This document shows, piece after piece, positions 31,816 through 32,414 of a DNA stretch of 32,414 nucleotides. The notes under the pieces were generated by a model, which ran no database searches, was not told the origin of the DNA, and was given only the letters and a program-made list of their open reading frames with translations. Within the stretch, counting starts at the first letter, position 1, and each line of letters starts with the position of its first letter. Origin of the DNA: Fonticula alba ATCC 38817 (taxonomy: Eukaryota; Protista; Nucleariida); assembly GCA_000388065.2 (NCBI GenBank), contig KB932231.1. The stretch is one strand, 5' to 3'. The position numbers and the translations under genes are program-made.

Positions 31816-32414
31816 CTAACGAACAGACCGCAGGACGGCACTCCTCGCCCGGCCCTGGCCCAAGACGCCGGAGGAGGAGTCTCGGGAATGCGCCGACTCG
31901 CTGGTGCAGGCGAGCGGCGGGGGGGGGGGGGCTATCCGGAGCGCGGGGCTCCCCCTTGCTCTAGTTCTCTCCCCGGCTCGGCAGACCCCTGCTTCGCTCC
32001 GGTCCTTCTGCCCCGCACAGGACCCGGGGGAGCCACGGCGTGAGACCCGAGAAGCTGGCCCCCAGGCTCCCGCCACCAGCACAGGGGTGGATTCCCACAG
32101 GCTAGGTGCCAACCCGGTGCGTTGGGAGCATGAGGCCGCCGGGCAACCCGAACCTCGGCCACAGGGGTGCCTGCTAGCGCCCGTCGGGAAGAGGGCCCGC
32201 GTCAGCGGCAGAGGGGGGCATTAATTCGGCCGATCTCAGGGGATAGATGATACTTGTTTTCGGATGCCCGGTCCGACGGAACGCGAGGACGGACGGGGGG
32301 GGGAGGGCGCTGGGTGGCGACAGGCAGCCCCACATTTGGGCCCCGTCCGTGCCCCGACAGACGCGCATCCCGGCATTTCTTCTCCTCCAACACTTTATCC
32401 TCGCACCCCCTTCA

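Noticed and set aside
31815-32414. Short ORFs at the right end of the window
   Set aside because: They have no recognisable motif or convincing exon structure. The region is left unassigned and is probably WDR7 upstream sequence.

Overview
GC-rich, intron-rich eukaryotic genomic DNA with two N-gaps, many microsatellites and poly-G/poly-C runs. It uses the standard genetic code and spliceosomal GT-AG introns of about 75-470 nt. The gene set and style suggest a unicellular opisthokont-like protist such as Fonticula; that is inference and was not verified. Most ORFs in the supplied track are antisense shadows or intron read-throughs. Splicing by hand gives seven protein-coding genes: (1) a NuA3/HBO1-scaffold Nto1/BRPF/JADE-type EPL1-PHD-ePHD protein (minus, probably running off the left edge); (2) LENG1 (plus); (3) LAMTOR2 (minus); (4) RAD51C (plus); (5) proteasome inhibitor PI31/PSMF1 (minus); (6) an unnamed RI-like leucine-rich-repeat protein (minus); (7) a greatly expanded WDR7/Rabconnectin-3 beta (minus). 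I found no rRNA, tRNA, CRISPR array or mobile element. The two most striking observations are these. First, the LRR gene has 12 consecutive symmetric phase-1 exons of 75-93 nt, each encoding exactly one repeat, separated by repeat-laden introns. Second, 5' splice sites follow a GTRCG consensus: 32 of 38 hand-modelled donors have C at +4 and none has A. About 2.9 kb (13600-16505) and the last 600 bp remain unassigned. All exon models are manual and unconfirmed by transcripts.
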